From: an uncultured Acidimicrobiia bacterium
Lineage (GTDB): Bacteria > Actinomycetota > Acidimicrobiia > Acidimicrobiales > JACDCH01
DNA length: 64,000 nucleotides
NCBI GenBank assembly: GCA_963721305.1
Contig: CAVRIR010000003.1
Coordinates: forward strand, 926,511-990,510
Direction of reading: 5' to 3'
In this document: piece after piece, positions 47,094 to 57,292 of the stretch
How positions within the stretch are numbered: the first letter of the stretch is position 1
How the letters are laid out: each line of letters begins with the position of its first letter
The notes under the pieces: generated by a model
What the model saw: the letters and a program-made list of their open reading frames with translations, nothing else
Told to the model about the DNA's origin: nothing
Database searches by the model: none
Made by a program: the position numbers and the translations under genes

Positions 47094-49720
47094 CCTCGAA
47101 TCACGCCTTCGTTGACCATCGAGGATGCGGCGATCACGCCCCGCAGCAGTTGGTCCGCCGCCTGATTGGCGACATGGGCAGTGGTCGAGTCCGAGCGCTG
47201 GCCGATCTGGCGCAGGAGATCGATGAGCTGCTTCACGTTGCGCACGAAGTCACCGCCGGAGAGATCCTCGTCCTCGAGGACGTGGTCGAGGTCCTCGCCC
47301 GCCGCCCACGCGTGCGCCAGCGCGACGAAACCGGGGTCGGGTCCCCGCGTCGGCATGAGGCCGGCGCGGTGCTCGTCGGCTTGCAGCTCACCGGCGAGGC
47401 GCTCGATCGCGACGAAGCGCTCACGCACCTTCGTCGAGGGGAACCACGGCGCGGGCGGCGGGGCCGAGCTCCGATGCTCGTAGGTGAACACGGACGCGAG
47501 CCCTGCCAGCGAAGCGGGCTCGAGATCGTCGAGCAGGCCGGCACCGAGGGTCTCGGCGATCAACAGGTCGCACTCGTGGTAGAGGTGCGCGAGCCCGACG
47601 CCCTTGTCCGTGAGCCGCCAGCCGTCCAGGTAGCCCCATGCGTCGAGCAGGCGCAGCACGCGATCGAAGCGGCGAGCGAGTGACTCGGTCCGGCCCTTGA
47701 CCGATCGCTGCAGCTCGTCGACCTCGGATCGCACCCGTTCGAGCTGCGCGATGGCGCGCACGTGGCGATCGCGGTCGGGACAACGTGCGACCGGATGCGC
47801 GTCGGCCACCGCGCTCGCTTCGGCGTGCGCGGCGATCTCTTGCCGGCGGCGGCCCGCGTCCGGACCGCGCAGACGCGTTCGCTGCAGCCGGCGCGCCACC
47901 TGCTGTTGGAAGTCACGGCTGTTGGGTGCGTACGGCTCCGGAAGATCGATGTGGCCGAGTGACGACGGCGGATCGTCGAAGTCCGCCGTCCCGAGCGTCA
48001 GCACCTTGCGATGGTCGGTGACGACCTTGAGACGCAGGTCTCCGCTGCGGTGGGCGAAGCTCAGGACCGCGGCACGCCCGCCGTTGCGGCCATTCTTGAT
48101 GTGCAGGACGTCGCCGGGTTTCAGGGTCGAGAGCGCCTCGGCGACCTCTCGTCGCGATGGCTGGAGCTTGCGCCGTGCGGCGTCGACCTCCTCGACCAAC
48201 TTCTTGTACTCCGTCACATCCCCGCGGTCGCAGACCGCTTCGCGTTCGAGCGCTTCGAGCGCGTCACGGCGCTTCTCGAGCCGCGCCTCGAGCCGAACGA
48301 CAGAGCGGTCCGCCTGGTACTGCGCAAACGAGAGGTTCAGCAGGTGATGCGCTTCGGCGGGCGCGCAACGGGACACGAGGTTGGCGGCCATGTTGTACGT
48401 GGGACGGAACGCCGACGTGAGCCGGAAGGCGCGGCTCGACGCGAGCGACGCGACCTGTTCGAACGGAACGAAGGGCGACCACAGCACGACGGCGTACCCG
48501 ACCGGATCGATCCCTCGGCGCCCGGCCCTGCCGGTCAGCTGCGTGTACTCCCCCGCCGTGAGGAACTCGTGCCGTTCGCCGGTGAACTTCGACAGGTTCT
48601 CGATCACCACCGTGCGCGCCGGCATGTTGATACCGAGTGCGAGGGTCTCGGTCGCGAAGACCACCTTCACCAGCCCCTCGGTGAAGCAGGCCTCGACCGC
48701 CTCTTTGAACGGCGGCACCATGCCCGCGTGATGCGCGGCGATGCCCTGCTCGAGCCCCGCTAGCCATCGGTCATAGCCGAGCACGTCGAGATCGCCGTCG
48801 GACAACGCCTCGACATGGCTCTCCGCGATCGCGCGGATGCGCGGGCGTTCGTCGGCCGTCGTGAGACGCAACCCACCACCGACACACGCGTCCACTGCGT
48901 CGTCGCACGCGGCGCGGCTGAAGATGAAGTAGATCGCAGGCACGAGATCGTCGTCCGCAAGTCGCTCGACCACCTCCACGCGCCGCGGGGTGAAGAAGCG
49001 ACGCCGCGGTCGTCCTCGCAGGCCCCGGCCGTGAAGCGACTCCGCGTCGAGCCGGGATGCCTCCGCGTTCGGCTGGCCGTCGACCAACGTCGGGAGCAGG
49101 TGCAGATCCGGCGACGAGCGGTCACCGACGCAGTACAGGTTGACCAGTTCGACGGGACGGCGTTCCTCGATCACCGCCGTCGTCGGGCCGCGTACCGTGG
49201 TGATCCAGTCGGCCAGCTCCTCGGCGTTCGACACGGTGGCCGACAGGCACACGAGGTTCACGTGCGGCGGGAGATGGAGGATGACTTCCTCCCACACCGG
49301 GCCGCGATAGGCGTCCTGCAGGTAGTGCACCTCGTCGAGCACCACGTAACGCAACCGCTCGAGGGCTTCGCTCCCCGCGTAGATCATGTTGCGCAGCACC
49401 TCAGTGGTCATCACGACGACCGGTGCCGAGCCGTTGACGCTGTTGTCGCCGGTGAGGAGGCCGACGCGGTCGCTGCCGTAACGGCGGCTCAGGTCGGCGA
49501 ACTTCTGGTTCGACAGCGCCTTGATCGGTGCGGTGTAGAAGGCCTTGCCACCGTTCGCGAGAGCGAGGTGCACGGCGTACTCCGCAACGACTGTCTTGCC
49601 GGACCCGGTCGGCGCGGCGACGAGCACCGACTGCCCGGCGTCGAGCGCGTCGATCGCCCTGCGCTGGAAGGGATCGAGCTCGAAGCCGTAGGTCGCGACG
49701 AAGTGGTCGCCCGAGCTCAT
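47090..49720 (-). CDS. helY: DEAD/DEAH box (Ski2-like) helicase HelY
   Basis: In frame in ORF 47090..49915 from ATG 49720 (MSSGDHF...). Contains APTGSGKT, DEVH and SAT, followed by a DSHCT-like C-terminus. Lies downstream of tatC, as in mycobacteria. Confidence 0.9.
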   Translation of the reverse strand: MSSGDHFVATYGFELDPFQRRAIDALDAGQSVLVAAPTGSGKTVVAEYAVHLALANGGKAFYTAPIKALSNQKFADLSRRYGSDRVGLLTGDNSVNGSAPVVVMTTEVLRNMIYAGSEALERLRYVVLDEVHYLQDAYRGPVWEEVILHLPPHVNLVCLSATVSNAEELADWITTVRGPTTAVIEERRPVELVNLYCVGDRSSPDLHLLPTLVDGQPNAEASRLDAESLHGRGLRGRPRRRFFTPRRVEVVERLADDDLVPAIYFIFSRAACDDAVDACVGGGLRLTTADERPRIRAIAESHVEALSDGDLDVLGYDRWLAGLEQGIAAHHAGMVPPFKEAVEACFTEGLVKVVFATETLALGINMPARTVVIENLSKFTGERHEFLTAGEYTQLTGRAGRRGIDPVGYAVVLWSPFVPFEQVASLASSRAFRLTSAFRPTYNMAANLVSRCAPAEAHHLLNLSFAQYQADRSVVRLEARLEKRRDALEALEREAVCDRGDVTEYKKLVEEVDAARRKLQPSRREVAEALSTLKPGDVLHIKNGRNGGRAAVLSFAHRSGDLRLKVVTDHRKVLTLGTADFDDPPSSLGHIDLPEPYAPNSRDFQQQVARRLQRTRLRGPDAGRRRQEIAAHAEASAVADAHPVARCPDRDRHVRAIAQLERVRSEVDELQRSVKGRTESLARRFDRVLRLLDAWGYLDGWRLTDKGVGLAHLYHECDLLIAETLGAGLLDDLEPASLAGLASVFTYEHRSSAPPPAPWFPSTKVRERFVAIERLAGELQADEHRAGLMPTRGPDPGFVALAHAWAAGEDLDHVLEDEDLSGGDFVRNVKQLIDLLRQIGQRSDSTTAHVANQAADQLLRGVIAASSMVNEGVIRG

Positions 49721-50508
49721 CAACCCTTGGCGGCGGCCGCGGCGGCGCGGCGCTTGCGGCGGTTGTGCACCCGGCCGACGATGATCGCTCCCTCGTAGAA
49801 CACGCACAACGGCAACGACAGCGCCATGAGGCTGATCGGATCGTTGCTCGGTGTCGCCACGGCGACGACGACGAAGATCCCCACGATCGCATGACGGCGG
49901 TACTTTCGGAGCCACTCGTTGCTGACGATGCCGGCGATCTGCAGGAACACCAGCACGATGGGGAACTCGAAGCAGATGCCGAACGCCAGCATCATGTACG
50001 CGATCAGTTGGTAGTACTTGTCCGCCGTGTACGCCTGCGTGATGTTGTCGCCGCCGACCGCGCTCAGCCAGTCGAGGGCCTTCGGCAGGGTCCAGTACGC
50101 GAGCGCGGCGCCCATCGTGAACAACACGATCGCCGACGACACGAACGGCACCGCGTAGCGACGCTCGTGCTTGTAGAGGCCGGGCGACACGAACCGCCAG
50201 ATCTGCCAGAGGATCACCGGCATCGCGAACGCGATCGCCACGTAGGCGGTGATCTTCATGCGAACCGCGAAGCCTTCGATCGGGCTCGTCGCGATCAGGT
50301 TGCCGCCCGCGATGCTGCGCGACGCGATGTCACGGTACGGCGCCAGCAGGAAGTGCGAGATCCAGGGGTACAGGAACCACGCGAAGATCGACATGGTGAC
50401 GATCACGATGGCGCAGACGATGATGCGGCGGCGCAGTTCGAGCAGATGCTCGATCAGGGTCATCCGACCCTCGTCAGCGGACCCCGCGGGAAGTGCGCTC
50501 GCGCTCAT
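49720..50508 (-). CDS. tatC: twin-arginine translocase subunit TatC
   Basis: ORF 49720..50508. HLLELRRR motif and six TM segments. The start could instead be the internal MTLIEHL. Confidence 0.9.
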   Translation of the reverse strand: MSASALPAGSADEGRMTLIEHLLELRRRIIVCAIVIVTMSIFAWFLYPWISHFLLAPYRDIASRSIAGGNLIATSPIEGFAVRMKITAYVAIAFAMPVILWQIWRFVSPGLYKHERRYAVPFVSSAIVLFTMGAALAYWTLPKALDWLSAVGGDNITQAYTADKYYQLIAYMMLAFGICFEFPIVLVFLQIAGIVSNEWLRKYRRHAIVGIFVVVAVATPSNDPISLMALSLPLCVFYEGAIIVGRVHNRRKRRAAAAAAKG

Positions 50509-50540
50509 GACAGGACTACGGAACGGACGACGCCCGCGGC

Positions 50541-50825
50541 CTACGCCGCGGAGTCATCCGACTGCGATTGCGGCCGGTCGGCGTTGATCTCCGTCGGCGG
50601 GTTCGGCTCGTCGGCCACGGGCTCGAGCGAAGGCTTCGGCGGCTCGGGACGCGTGACCTCCTCCATGGCAGCTCGCATCTCGTTCTGGAACCCCGCCGAC
50701 ATGCGCCGGATCTCCCCCACCACGTTGCCGACCTTGCGCGCCGCGTCGGGCAGCTTGTCCGGACCGAGCACGATCAGGACGACGAGCAGGATGACGAGAA
50801 CCTCGCCACCGCCGAGGTTGAACAC
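50541..50825 (-). CDS. tatA: twin-arginine translocase subunit TatA
   Basis: In frame in ORF 50541..50891 from GTG 50825. Sequence: (V)FNLGGGEVLVILLVVLIVLGPDKLPDAARKVG. Confidence 0.85.
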   Translation of the reverse strand: MFNLGGGEVLVILLVVLIVLGPDKLPDAARKVGNVVGEIRRMSAGFQNEMRAAMEEVTRPEPPKPSLEPVADEPNPPTEINADRPQSQSDDSAA

Positions 50826-50835
50826 GTAGGAAAGG

Positions 50836-51063
50836 CTAACCCCGCGGCGCCGGCGAATCCGACCGTGAGCGCAGATGGTCGAAGGCGCCACGGGTCACGG
50901 CCGCCTCGGTGCGCAGCTCCACGAGGGCAGCGCGGAGGGAATCGAGCCGGGCGCACTCGTTGCGCAGCTCGTACCCCGCGGCGGCGGCCCGGGTCGCGGC
51001 GAACGCGACGCCGACGATGCCGGCCGCGATGACAACGAGCGGGAGGATCCACAGAGCGCTCAC
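50836..51063 (-). CDS. small membrane-anchored hypothetical protein
   Basis: In frame in ORF 50836..51432 from GTG 51063 (VSALWILPLVVIAAGIVGVAFA...). Weak call. Confidence 0.35.
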   Translation of the reverse strand: MSALWILPLVVIAAGIVGVAFAATRAAAAGYELRNECARLDSLRAALVELRTEAAVTRGAFDHLRSRSDSPAPRG

Positions 51064-51104
51064 GGTGGACGTGAGCGTAGGCGAGGACGCCGATACGGCC
51101 TGGT

Positions 51105-51506
51105 TCAGCGCTCGCGGTCGAGGTCGGCGTCGAGCTCGTACTGGGTCGGAACGCTGCAGTCGAGCTCGGGCTCGAGCTCGAAGCGCTGGCTGGCGACCAG
51201 TGTGTCGAACCAAGCGTCCGACTCGAGGAGCTGGTGGAAGTCCAAGAGGTCGTCGTGGTCGATGCGCGGACCGAATCGGGGCTCGTAGAGCTCCGCCGGC
51301 AGGCGCCACATGGACACTTCGACACCGGAAGCAGCCAGCAGATCGACGATCCGAGGCTCGGCCGGCTTCACCACTGCCATGTGGCATTGAGGACAGCGGA
51401 AGTGGTACGAGCCGGAGTTGTCGTCGAGACACACCCGGACGCGCACATCGGCGGCGGTGAGCTCCACGTCACCACAGTCCGTGCACGTTGCCCGAATCGT
51501 TGCCAT
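51105..51506 (-). CDS. hypothetical zinc-ribbon protein (CxxC...CxxC)
   Basis: ORF 51105..51527. Start placed at ATG 51506, preceded by GGAGG. Sequence: MATIRATCTDCGDVEL...HFRCPQCH. Confidence 0.55.
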   Translation of the reverse strand: MATIRATCTDCGDVELTAADVRVRVCLDDNSGSYHFRCPQCHMAVVKPAEPRIVDLLAASGVEVSMWRLPAELYEPRFGPRIDHDDLLDFHQLLESDAWFDTLVASQRFELEPELDCSVPTQYELDADLDRER

Positions 51507-51636
51507 CAGAAAACCGCCTCCTACCACGTTGCCCGCTTGCGCCTACTCCTTCAGCAGATGCATCGTCGTCAGAAGCAGATACTTCTTCAATAGGTCGCTC
51601 GTCCCATTCCGCGGGTCAGAGTGCCCAAATCGGCCC

Positions 51637-52367
51637 GTGACCCCGCCCCGCATCCCCTCGCTCCGCCGGCCGCCCATCGGTTTCGCACACCGCGGGGCCA
51701 GGGCCCATGCCCCAGAGAACACGCTCGAGGCCTTCGAGCTGGCCCGTCGAATTCGGGGCAAATGGGCTCGAGAGCGACGTTTGGCTCACGGCCGACGGCA
51801 TCGCCGTGCTGGACCACGACGGTGTGGTCCGGGTTCGCCATCGACGGCGCCAGATCGCCGAGGTCGAGCGAGCCGACCTGCCCGCCCACATTCCCTCGCT
51901 GGCCGACCTCTACGCCCAGTGCGGCACCGACTTCGAGCTCTCGCTCGACGTGAAGGACCCGGCGTCCGCAGCGCCGACCGTGGCGGTCGCCCGGGCTGCC
52001 GGAGACGGCGCGCCGAGTCGGCTGTGGCTCTGTCACCACGATTGGCGCCAGGTCGCCAGCGTGGCGGGGCGAGTTCCCGGACGTGAGGCTCGTCGACTCC
52101 ACCCGCCTGCGGTGGATGAAGGAGGGTCCCGAGCGCAGGGCGGCCGAGCTCGACCATGCCGGCATCGACGCGGTCAACCTCCATCACACGGATTGGACAG
52201 GCGGCCTGACGACGCTGTTCCACCGCTTCGGGGTGCTGGCGTTCGGCTGGGACGCCCAGCACGCCCGCATCCTCGACGCGCTGCTCGACATCGGGATCGA
52301 CGCCGTCTACTCCGACCACACCGACGTCATGAACGAGTCCCTCGCCCGCCTCGACGGCGCTCGCTGA
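51637..52367 (+). pseudogene. glycerophosphodiester phosphodiesterase (GDPD family) with two frameshifts
   Basis: IGFAHRGARAHAPENTLEAFELA is in the frame of ORF 51418..52086. FGANGLESDVWLTADGIAVLDHD... is in the frame of ORF 51707..52408. EFPDVRLVDS...AVYSDHTDV is in the frame of ORF 52083..52367. Shifts lie near 51747 and 52068. Confidence 0.7.
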
Positions 52368-52380
52368 CGAATGTCGGTGT

Positions 52381-52406
52381 ATTTGCGGTGCTATCGCACC
52401 GCAAAT
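52381..52406. terminator. perfect 11-bp hairpin between the convergent GDPD and lepB genes
   Basis: ATTTGCGGTGC-tatc-GCACCGCAAAT. There is no downstream U-run, so terminator function is only a guess. Confidence 0.35.
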
Positions 52407-52422
52407 GACCCAGAGAACGGGT

Positions 52423-53241
52423 TCAGATGCCGCCGATGGAGCCGAGCGGCCAGACGCGTATGAAGGCGCGGCCGACGATCAGGCTCGCGGGTATGGGACC
52501 GAAGGCGTTGCTCGCGCTCGAGTTCCGACGGTTGTCACCGAGGACGAACACGTCGCCCTGGGGCACCTTGATGCACTGTGCGGAGAAGCTGAACGCTGGT
52601 GTCTTGTCGGTGACCCCGTTCGTCTTGTGCACGTACGGCTCGACGAGCTGCTGACCGTTGACGTACACGGAGCCGTCGCGCTGCTCGACGGTGTCACCAC
52701 CCGTGGCGATCACCCGCTTGATCAGGTCCTCGTCATTGCCGCCGAGGCCGGACGGCGCGATCTTGACCTGTCCGCCGTCGCATCCGTCCACGGTCTGGCC
52801 CGATGTCGACGGCCGGCCGAACACCACGATGTCGCCGTGGTTCACGTCGTGCACGCGGTAGCTGAGCTTGTTGACCAGCACGCGGTCACCGACCTTCAGC
52901 GTCGGCTCCATCGACGGACTCGGAATGAAGAACGCCTGGAAGAGGAACGTCTTGATGACGATCGCGATGATGAGGGCGCCGGCGAGGACGACGACCCACT
53001 CGATCGCGTTGCGCCGTTGGTGTGCCTTCCGGCGAGCCTGCCTGGAGCCGCTCGACTGCGCTGCCGCGCTCGCGGTGTCGACAGGCGGCTCGCCGCCCCC
53101 GTCCCCTCCGGCTGATGTGGCGCGCACATCGACGGCGGCGGGGGACGCAGCGTCACCATCCGCCGTCGCGTCCTTCGACTCGTCAAGGGTGGGCAGCTCT
53201 TCGGACACGGCGGGCCGAGGGTAGCCGACGTGTTCTCCCAT
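52423..53241 (-). CDS. lepB: signal peptidase I
   Basis: In frame in ORF 52423..53382 from ATG 53241. Contains SPSMEPTL (catalytic Ser), KRVIA (Lys) and GDNRRNSSAS. Confidence 0.85.
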   Translation of the reverse strand: MGEHVGYPRPAVSEELPTLDESKDATADGDAASPAAVDVRATSAGGDGGGEPPVDTASAAAQSSGSRQARRKAHQRRNAIEWVVVLAGALIIAIVIKTFLFQAFFIPSPSMEPTLKVGDRVLVNKLSYRVHDVNHGDIVVFGRPSTSGQTVDGCDGGQVKIAPSGLGGNDEDLIKRVIATGGDTVEQRDGSVYVNGQQLVEPYVHKTNGVTDKTPAFSFSAQCIKVPQGDVFVLGDNRRNSSASNAFGPIPASLIVGRAFIRVWPLGSIGGI

Positions 53242-53252
53242 CCAACGGCGCT

Positions 53253-54206
53253 TCAACTGTCGGCGTAGCGAGCCAAGACACGTTCGGCAGCCTCGGGTCC
53301 GCACCGCACGAGGTCCGGGTCGCCGCGCACCTCGACGACCTGCGCCCGAGGGCCGAGCTGGAGCAGGAGCCGTTCGAGCCACGAGCGTCCGGAAACGGGC
53401 AACGTCACGCGCAGTCGTCCCGACGCCGTGGACTCGGTCTCGTCGACGGCGTACGACTCGACCACCCAGGAGGCCTCGGGCGCGAGATCGAGGACGACGC
53501 GAGGATCGTCGGCGCCGGCCTCGAACAGCTCAGGAGTCGGCAGCTCCGTGGGCGCATCGAACGTCTCGTCGAGCACCGTCGCCTCGAGGACCCGGTCGAC
53601 GCGGAACAGGCGCACCTCGCCGCGAAGGTGGTCGAAGCCGGCCATGTACCAGCGACCCTGCTCGGCGTGCACGCGGTACGGATCGACCTCGCGCTCGGTG
53701 TGTTGGTCGCGCGAGTGCGTGTAGTAACGGACGCGCAGCCGCCGGTGCTCCTCGGTGCCCTGCTGCACTGCCGCGAGAACGGAAGCGGCGGCGCGGCCGA
53801 GATCGACCTCGAACGCGTCCTCCTGGTCGATGCCGAGCGTCGCCGCCAGCTTGGCGAGCCCGCGCGCGAGCGGTCCCGTTGCGTCTGCACCAGGCACCCC
53901 GAGCAGGCTCGTGCCCGCGGCCACGAGTGCCAGCGCCTCTTCCGGCGTCAATCGCAGTGACCGGTCGAAGCTCGGTGACAGATGGACCCAGACCCGGCCT
54001 TCTTCGACGACCACATCGAACAGATCGCCCGGCGAGTAGGGCGGCACCCCGACCATCGACACCAGCGCGACGTCACTCAACAGCTCGTCGGGTGTCAGCT
54101 CGAACCGCGCGCACACGTCTTCCACCGTCGGACCGTTGTGCGCCGCGGCCCACGGCAGCAGTGACAACAGACGGCGCAGCCGGTCGGCCGCGGTGATGCG
54201 GCTCAC
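53253..54206 (-). CDS. pafC: WYL-domain transcriptional regulator PafC
   Basis: ORF 53253..54206. HTH at the N-terminus and a WYL core (RWYMAGFDHLRGEVRLFRVDRV). It is the second of two paralogs after pafA. Confidence 0.8.
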   Translation of the reverse strand: MSRITAADRLRRLLSLLPWAAAHNGPTVEDVCARFELTPDELLSDVALVSMVGVPPYSPGDLFDVVVEEGRVWVHLSPSFDRSLRLTPEEALALVAAGTSLLGVPGADATGPLARGLAKLAATLGIDQEDAFEVDLGRAAASVLAAVQQGTEEHRRLRVRYYTHSRDQHTEREVDPYRVHAEQGRWYMAGFDHLRGEVRLFRVDRVLEATVLDETFDAPTELPTPELFEAGADDPRVVLDLAPEASWVVESYAVDETESTASGRLRVTLPVSGRSWLERLLLQLGPRAQVVEVRGDPDLVRCGPEAAERVLARYADS

Positions 54207-55176
54207 GGCGCGACCGCGGCGCGGCGGCAGCGGCGGCAGAAGGATCGGCGATCGCGCGCAGCCACTCGATGAGGTCGGCGCGCAGTTCAGCCGGGCTCAA
54301 GATCTCGGCATGGTCGAGGAACCCCAGCACGAACGCGCGCAGCCCTTCGGGGTTGCTGACGGGAAGCTCGATCACGACCGAGCCGTCGTCTCGCTCGTCC
54401 ACCACGGCATCGACGCCGACGATGCCGACGGCAATGGGTGCCTGGTCCGCCTCGATCAGGACCTGCGCCCGCACGGGCTCGCCTTCGCCCAACTGCCAAG
54501 GCTCGGCGCGCGCCCCGGGTATGGACACCGACGGGTGCTCGAAGCTCCGCGGTGCGCCGGCCTCGACGGCACCGGCGATGCGGTCGAGCCGGAAGATCCG
54601 CTCGTCCTCTCGAGCGTGGTCGAAGCCAGTGACGTACCAGCGACCGCGGTTGAAGTCGAGTCGGTACGGATCGACCCTGCGGGTCTCGTCGCGGTACCGG
54701 AAGGTGACGGGCCGGCGCTCCCCCACGGCGCCGAACAGGTGCACGAGGCGATCATCCACCGGGATGGCCGCCACGGTGGCGGGCAAGGGCGCGTCCGGGG
54801 CGCCGGCCGGCACCCCGCCGAGCTTCAGGAGCCCGGCTGAACCCTCGACACCCTCGAGCCGGATGGCGGACGCGGCGAGATGCAGCGCAGCGAGCTCATC
54901 GGGCGCGAGTCCCGGATCGCGGAGGTAGTACTGATCCTTCGGGATGCGGTAGCCGGATTGCGGCGGGTCCGACAAGCCGATCTCCGTCACCACGATCGGG
55001 ATGCCCATCTCGCGCAGCGCTTCCTTGTCGCGTTCGAATGCGCGCCGGAACGCGACGCGGTCTTCCGGGTAACCGAAGATGCGCTGCGCGATCTCTTCCG
55101 CGGTCAGTGGTCTCGGCGTCTCCAGCAACGCCGCGGTGAGGTTGAGCAGGCGCTCGAGCTTGTCGGTCGACGCCAC
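54073..55176 (-). CDS. pafB: WYL-domain transcriptional regulator PafB
   Basis: ORF 54073..55176 with a GTG start. HTH plus WYL core (RWYVTGFDHAREDERIFRLDRI). The 3' end overlaps pafC by 134 nt, which is suspicious (see findings). Confidence 0.8.
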   Translation of the reverse strand: MASTDKLERLLNLTAALLETPRPLTAEEIAQRIFGYPEDRVAFRRAFERDKEALREMGIPIVVTEIGLSDPPQSGYRIPKDQYYLRDPGLAPDELAALHLAASAIRLEGVEGSAGLLKLGGVPAGAPDAPLPATVAAIPVDDRLVHLFGAVGERRPVTFRYRDETRRVDPYRLDFNRGRWYVTGFDHAREDERIFRLDRIAGAVEAGAPRSFEHPSVSIPGARAEPWQLGEGEPVRAQVLIEADQAPIAVGIVGVDAVVDERDDGSVVIELPVSNPEGLRAFVLGFLDHAEILSPAELRADLIEWLRAIADPSAAAAAAPRSRREPHHRGRPAAPSVVTAAVGRGAQRSDGGRRVRAVRADTRRAVE

Positions 55177-55185
55177 GGATCGACC

Positions 55186-55875
55186 CTACTTTCGAGCCCA
55201 GATCAGGACGCCTCGTTTCGTCACCGTGAACGGTGTACGGACCGACGCCGCCACTTCGGCGGCGCGCTCCTTCGAGATCGCGTGCCCGCGCAAGTATGTG
55301 CGCACCGCGTCTCGATCGGGCAGCACGGTGAACGGTCCGTCCCATCGCTCGACCTCGATGCGACCGGAACCGAACACGTCGGCGACGAGGTCAGGCGCTT
55401 CTTCGGCATCGAACGTCGTGGGATCCGGCGGACCGAAGAACTCGACGAGCTCGGGTGAGTCGTCGCGATAGGTCGTGCACGACGCGAAGAGGCCGGCAGG
55501 CTGCAGCACGCGCGCGGCCTCGGCGATCACGAGGCGCGGATCGTCGAGGTGGTACAGCATCCACAGGGCAGCCGCGGCGCCGGCGCTCTCGTCGCGCACA
55601 GGGCACGCGACGGCGTCCGCGAGCGCGCCGGATCCCGCAACCTGCAGCAAGGGCGCGTCCTCGTCGATCCCGACCCAAGGCCATCCGGATGGGAGCGCCT
55701 CGCGCAACGCGCCGTCTCCACAACCGATGTCGAGCACCGGGGCCAGCGCGTCGCGTACGAATCGCTCAGCGACCACCGGATGCACATCGCCGACCGTCGA
55801 CCATCTCGTCGCGCTCGCTCGTGCCGCCGCGAATCGTTCTGGATCGGTCCCGTAGTCCCTCGGGAACGCGGTCAC
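55186..55875 (-). CDS. class I SAM-dependent methyltransferase
   Basis: ORF 55186..55875. GTGA overlap with the pafA stop. SAM motif [10 protein letters not shown]. Confidence 0.8.
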   Translation of the reverse strand: MTAFPRDYGTDPERFAAARASATRWSTVGDVHPVVAERFVRDALAPVLDIGCGDGALREALPSGWPWVGIDEDAPLLQVAGSGALADAVACPVRDESAGAAAALWMLYHLDDPRLVIAEAARVLQPAGLFASCTTYRDDSPELVEFFGPPDPTTFDAEEAPDLVADVFGSGRIEVERWDGPFTVLPDRDAVRTYLRGHAISKERAAEVAASVRTPFTVTKRGVLIWARK

Positions 55876-57230
55876 AACGACGCGATCAGCTTCTCCACGC
55901 GTTCGTCACGGGCCTTGAACGGGTCCTTGCACAGGACCGTGCGCTGCGCCTGGTCGTTGAGCTTCAAGTGCACCCAGTCGACGGTGTAGTCGCGCTTGCG
56001 TTCCTTCGCGCGACGAATGAACTCGCCGCGCAAACGCGCCCGTGTCGTCTGCGGCGGTTCGTCGACCGCGTTGTCGATCGCTTCGTCGGTGCACATCCGC
56101 TCGACGAGGTCGCGCGCCTGCAACCGGTAGAACAACCCTCGAGCGCGGTTGACGTCGTGGTACTGCAGGTCGACCAACGCCACCCTCGGCGACGCCAGCG
56201 GCAGATCGTGCTTCGCTCGGTAGGCCTCGATCAGGTTGTGCTTGATCACCCAGTCGCACTCGCGGCCGAGCTTGAAGGGATCGCTCTCGAGCGTGGTCAA
56301 GCAGTGCTCCCACATCTCGAGGGCTCGCTGCTCGAGCGGCGACAGGCCCTTCGTGTCCGCATAGCGCAGCGCGCGGTTCAGGTACTCACCCTGGATCTCC
56401 AGCGCGCTCAGCTCACGCCCGTTCGCCAGCCGCACTCGCCGCGTGCAGGTCATGTCGTGACTGATCTCGCGGATCGCTCGGATGGGGTTCTCGAGTGTCA
56501 TGTCGCGCAGCACGACCGATGGATCCTCGAGCATCCGCAACAGGATCGACGTCGCGCCGACCTTCAAGAACGTCGCGTACTCGCTCATGTTCGAGTCGCC
56601 CACGATCACGTGCAGCCGTCGGTAACGCTCGGCGTCGGCATGCGGTTCGTCGCGGGTGTTGATGATCGGCCGGCTGCGAGTCGTCGCCGACGAGACGCCT
56701 TCCCAGATGTGCTCGGCCCGCTGACTGATGCAGAACATCGCACCGCGGGCCGTCTGCAGCACCTTGCCCGCGCCCGCGTAGATCTGACGCGACACGAAGA
56801 AGGGAATCAGCACCTCGGCGTAGTGGGCGAAGTCGTCGCGCCTCGACGTCAAGTAGTTCTCGTGGCAGCCGTACGAGTTGCCGGCCGAGTCGGTGTTGTT
56901 CTTGAACAGGTAGATGACGCCGCGGATGCCTTCCTCGCGCAACCGTTGTTCGGCAGAGGCGAGAAGTTGTTCGAGAATTCGTTCACCGGCCTTGTCGTGC
57001 ACGACCAGGTCGAGGATCGAGTCACACTCGGGCGTCGCGTACTCGGGATGGGATCCGACATCGAGGTAGAGCCGTGCGCCGTTGGCCAGGAACACGTTCG
57101 AGCTGCGGCCCCACGACACGACACGCCGGAACAGGTACCGAGCGACCTCGTCCGGGCTCAGGCGGCGCTGACCGCGGAGCGTGCAGGTCACGCCGTATTC
57201 GTTCTCGAGCCCGAAGATGCGTCGTTCCAT
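55872..57230 (-). CDS. pafA: Pup--protein ligase PafA
   Basis: ORF 55872..57230. Starts [11 protein letters not shown] and contains [15 protein letters not shown]. Confidence 0.95.
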   Translation of the reverse strand: MERRIFGLENEYGVTCTLRGQRRLSPDEVARYLFRRVVSWGRSSNVFLANGARLYLDVGSHPEYATPECDSILDLVVHDKAGERILEQLLASAEQRLREEGIRGVIYLFKNNTDSAGNSYGCHENYLTSRRDDFAHYAEVLIPFFVSRQIYAGAGKVLQTARGAMFCISQRAEHIWEGVSSATTRSRPIINTRDEPHADAERYRRLHVIVGDSNMSEYATFLKVGATSILLRMLEDPSVVLRDMTLENPIRAIREISHDMTCTRRVRLANGRELSALEIQGEYLNRALRYADTKGLSPLEQRALEMWEHCLTTLESDPFKLGRECDWVIKHNLIEAYRAKHDLPLASPRVALVDLQYHDVNRARGLFYRLQARDLVERMCTDEAIDNAVDEPPQTTRARLRGEFIRRAKERKRDYTVDWVHLKLNDQAQRTVLCKDPFKARDERVEKLIASL

Positions 57231-57292
57231 CTCGATGGGAGGCTATCGGCCGTCCGTTGGCAGCTAGCGTTCAATCGGTGTCGGAGCTGCGG

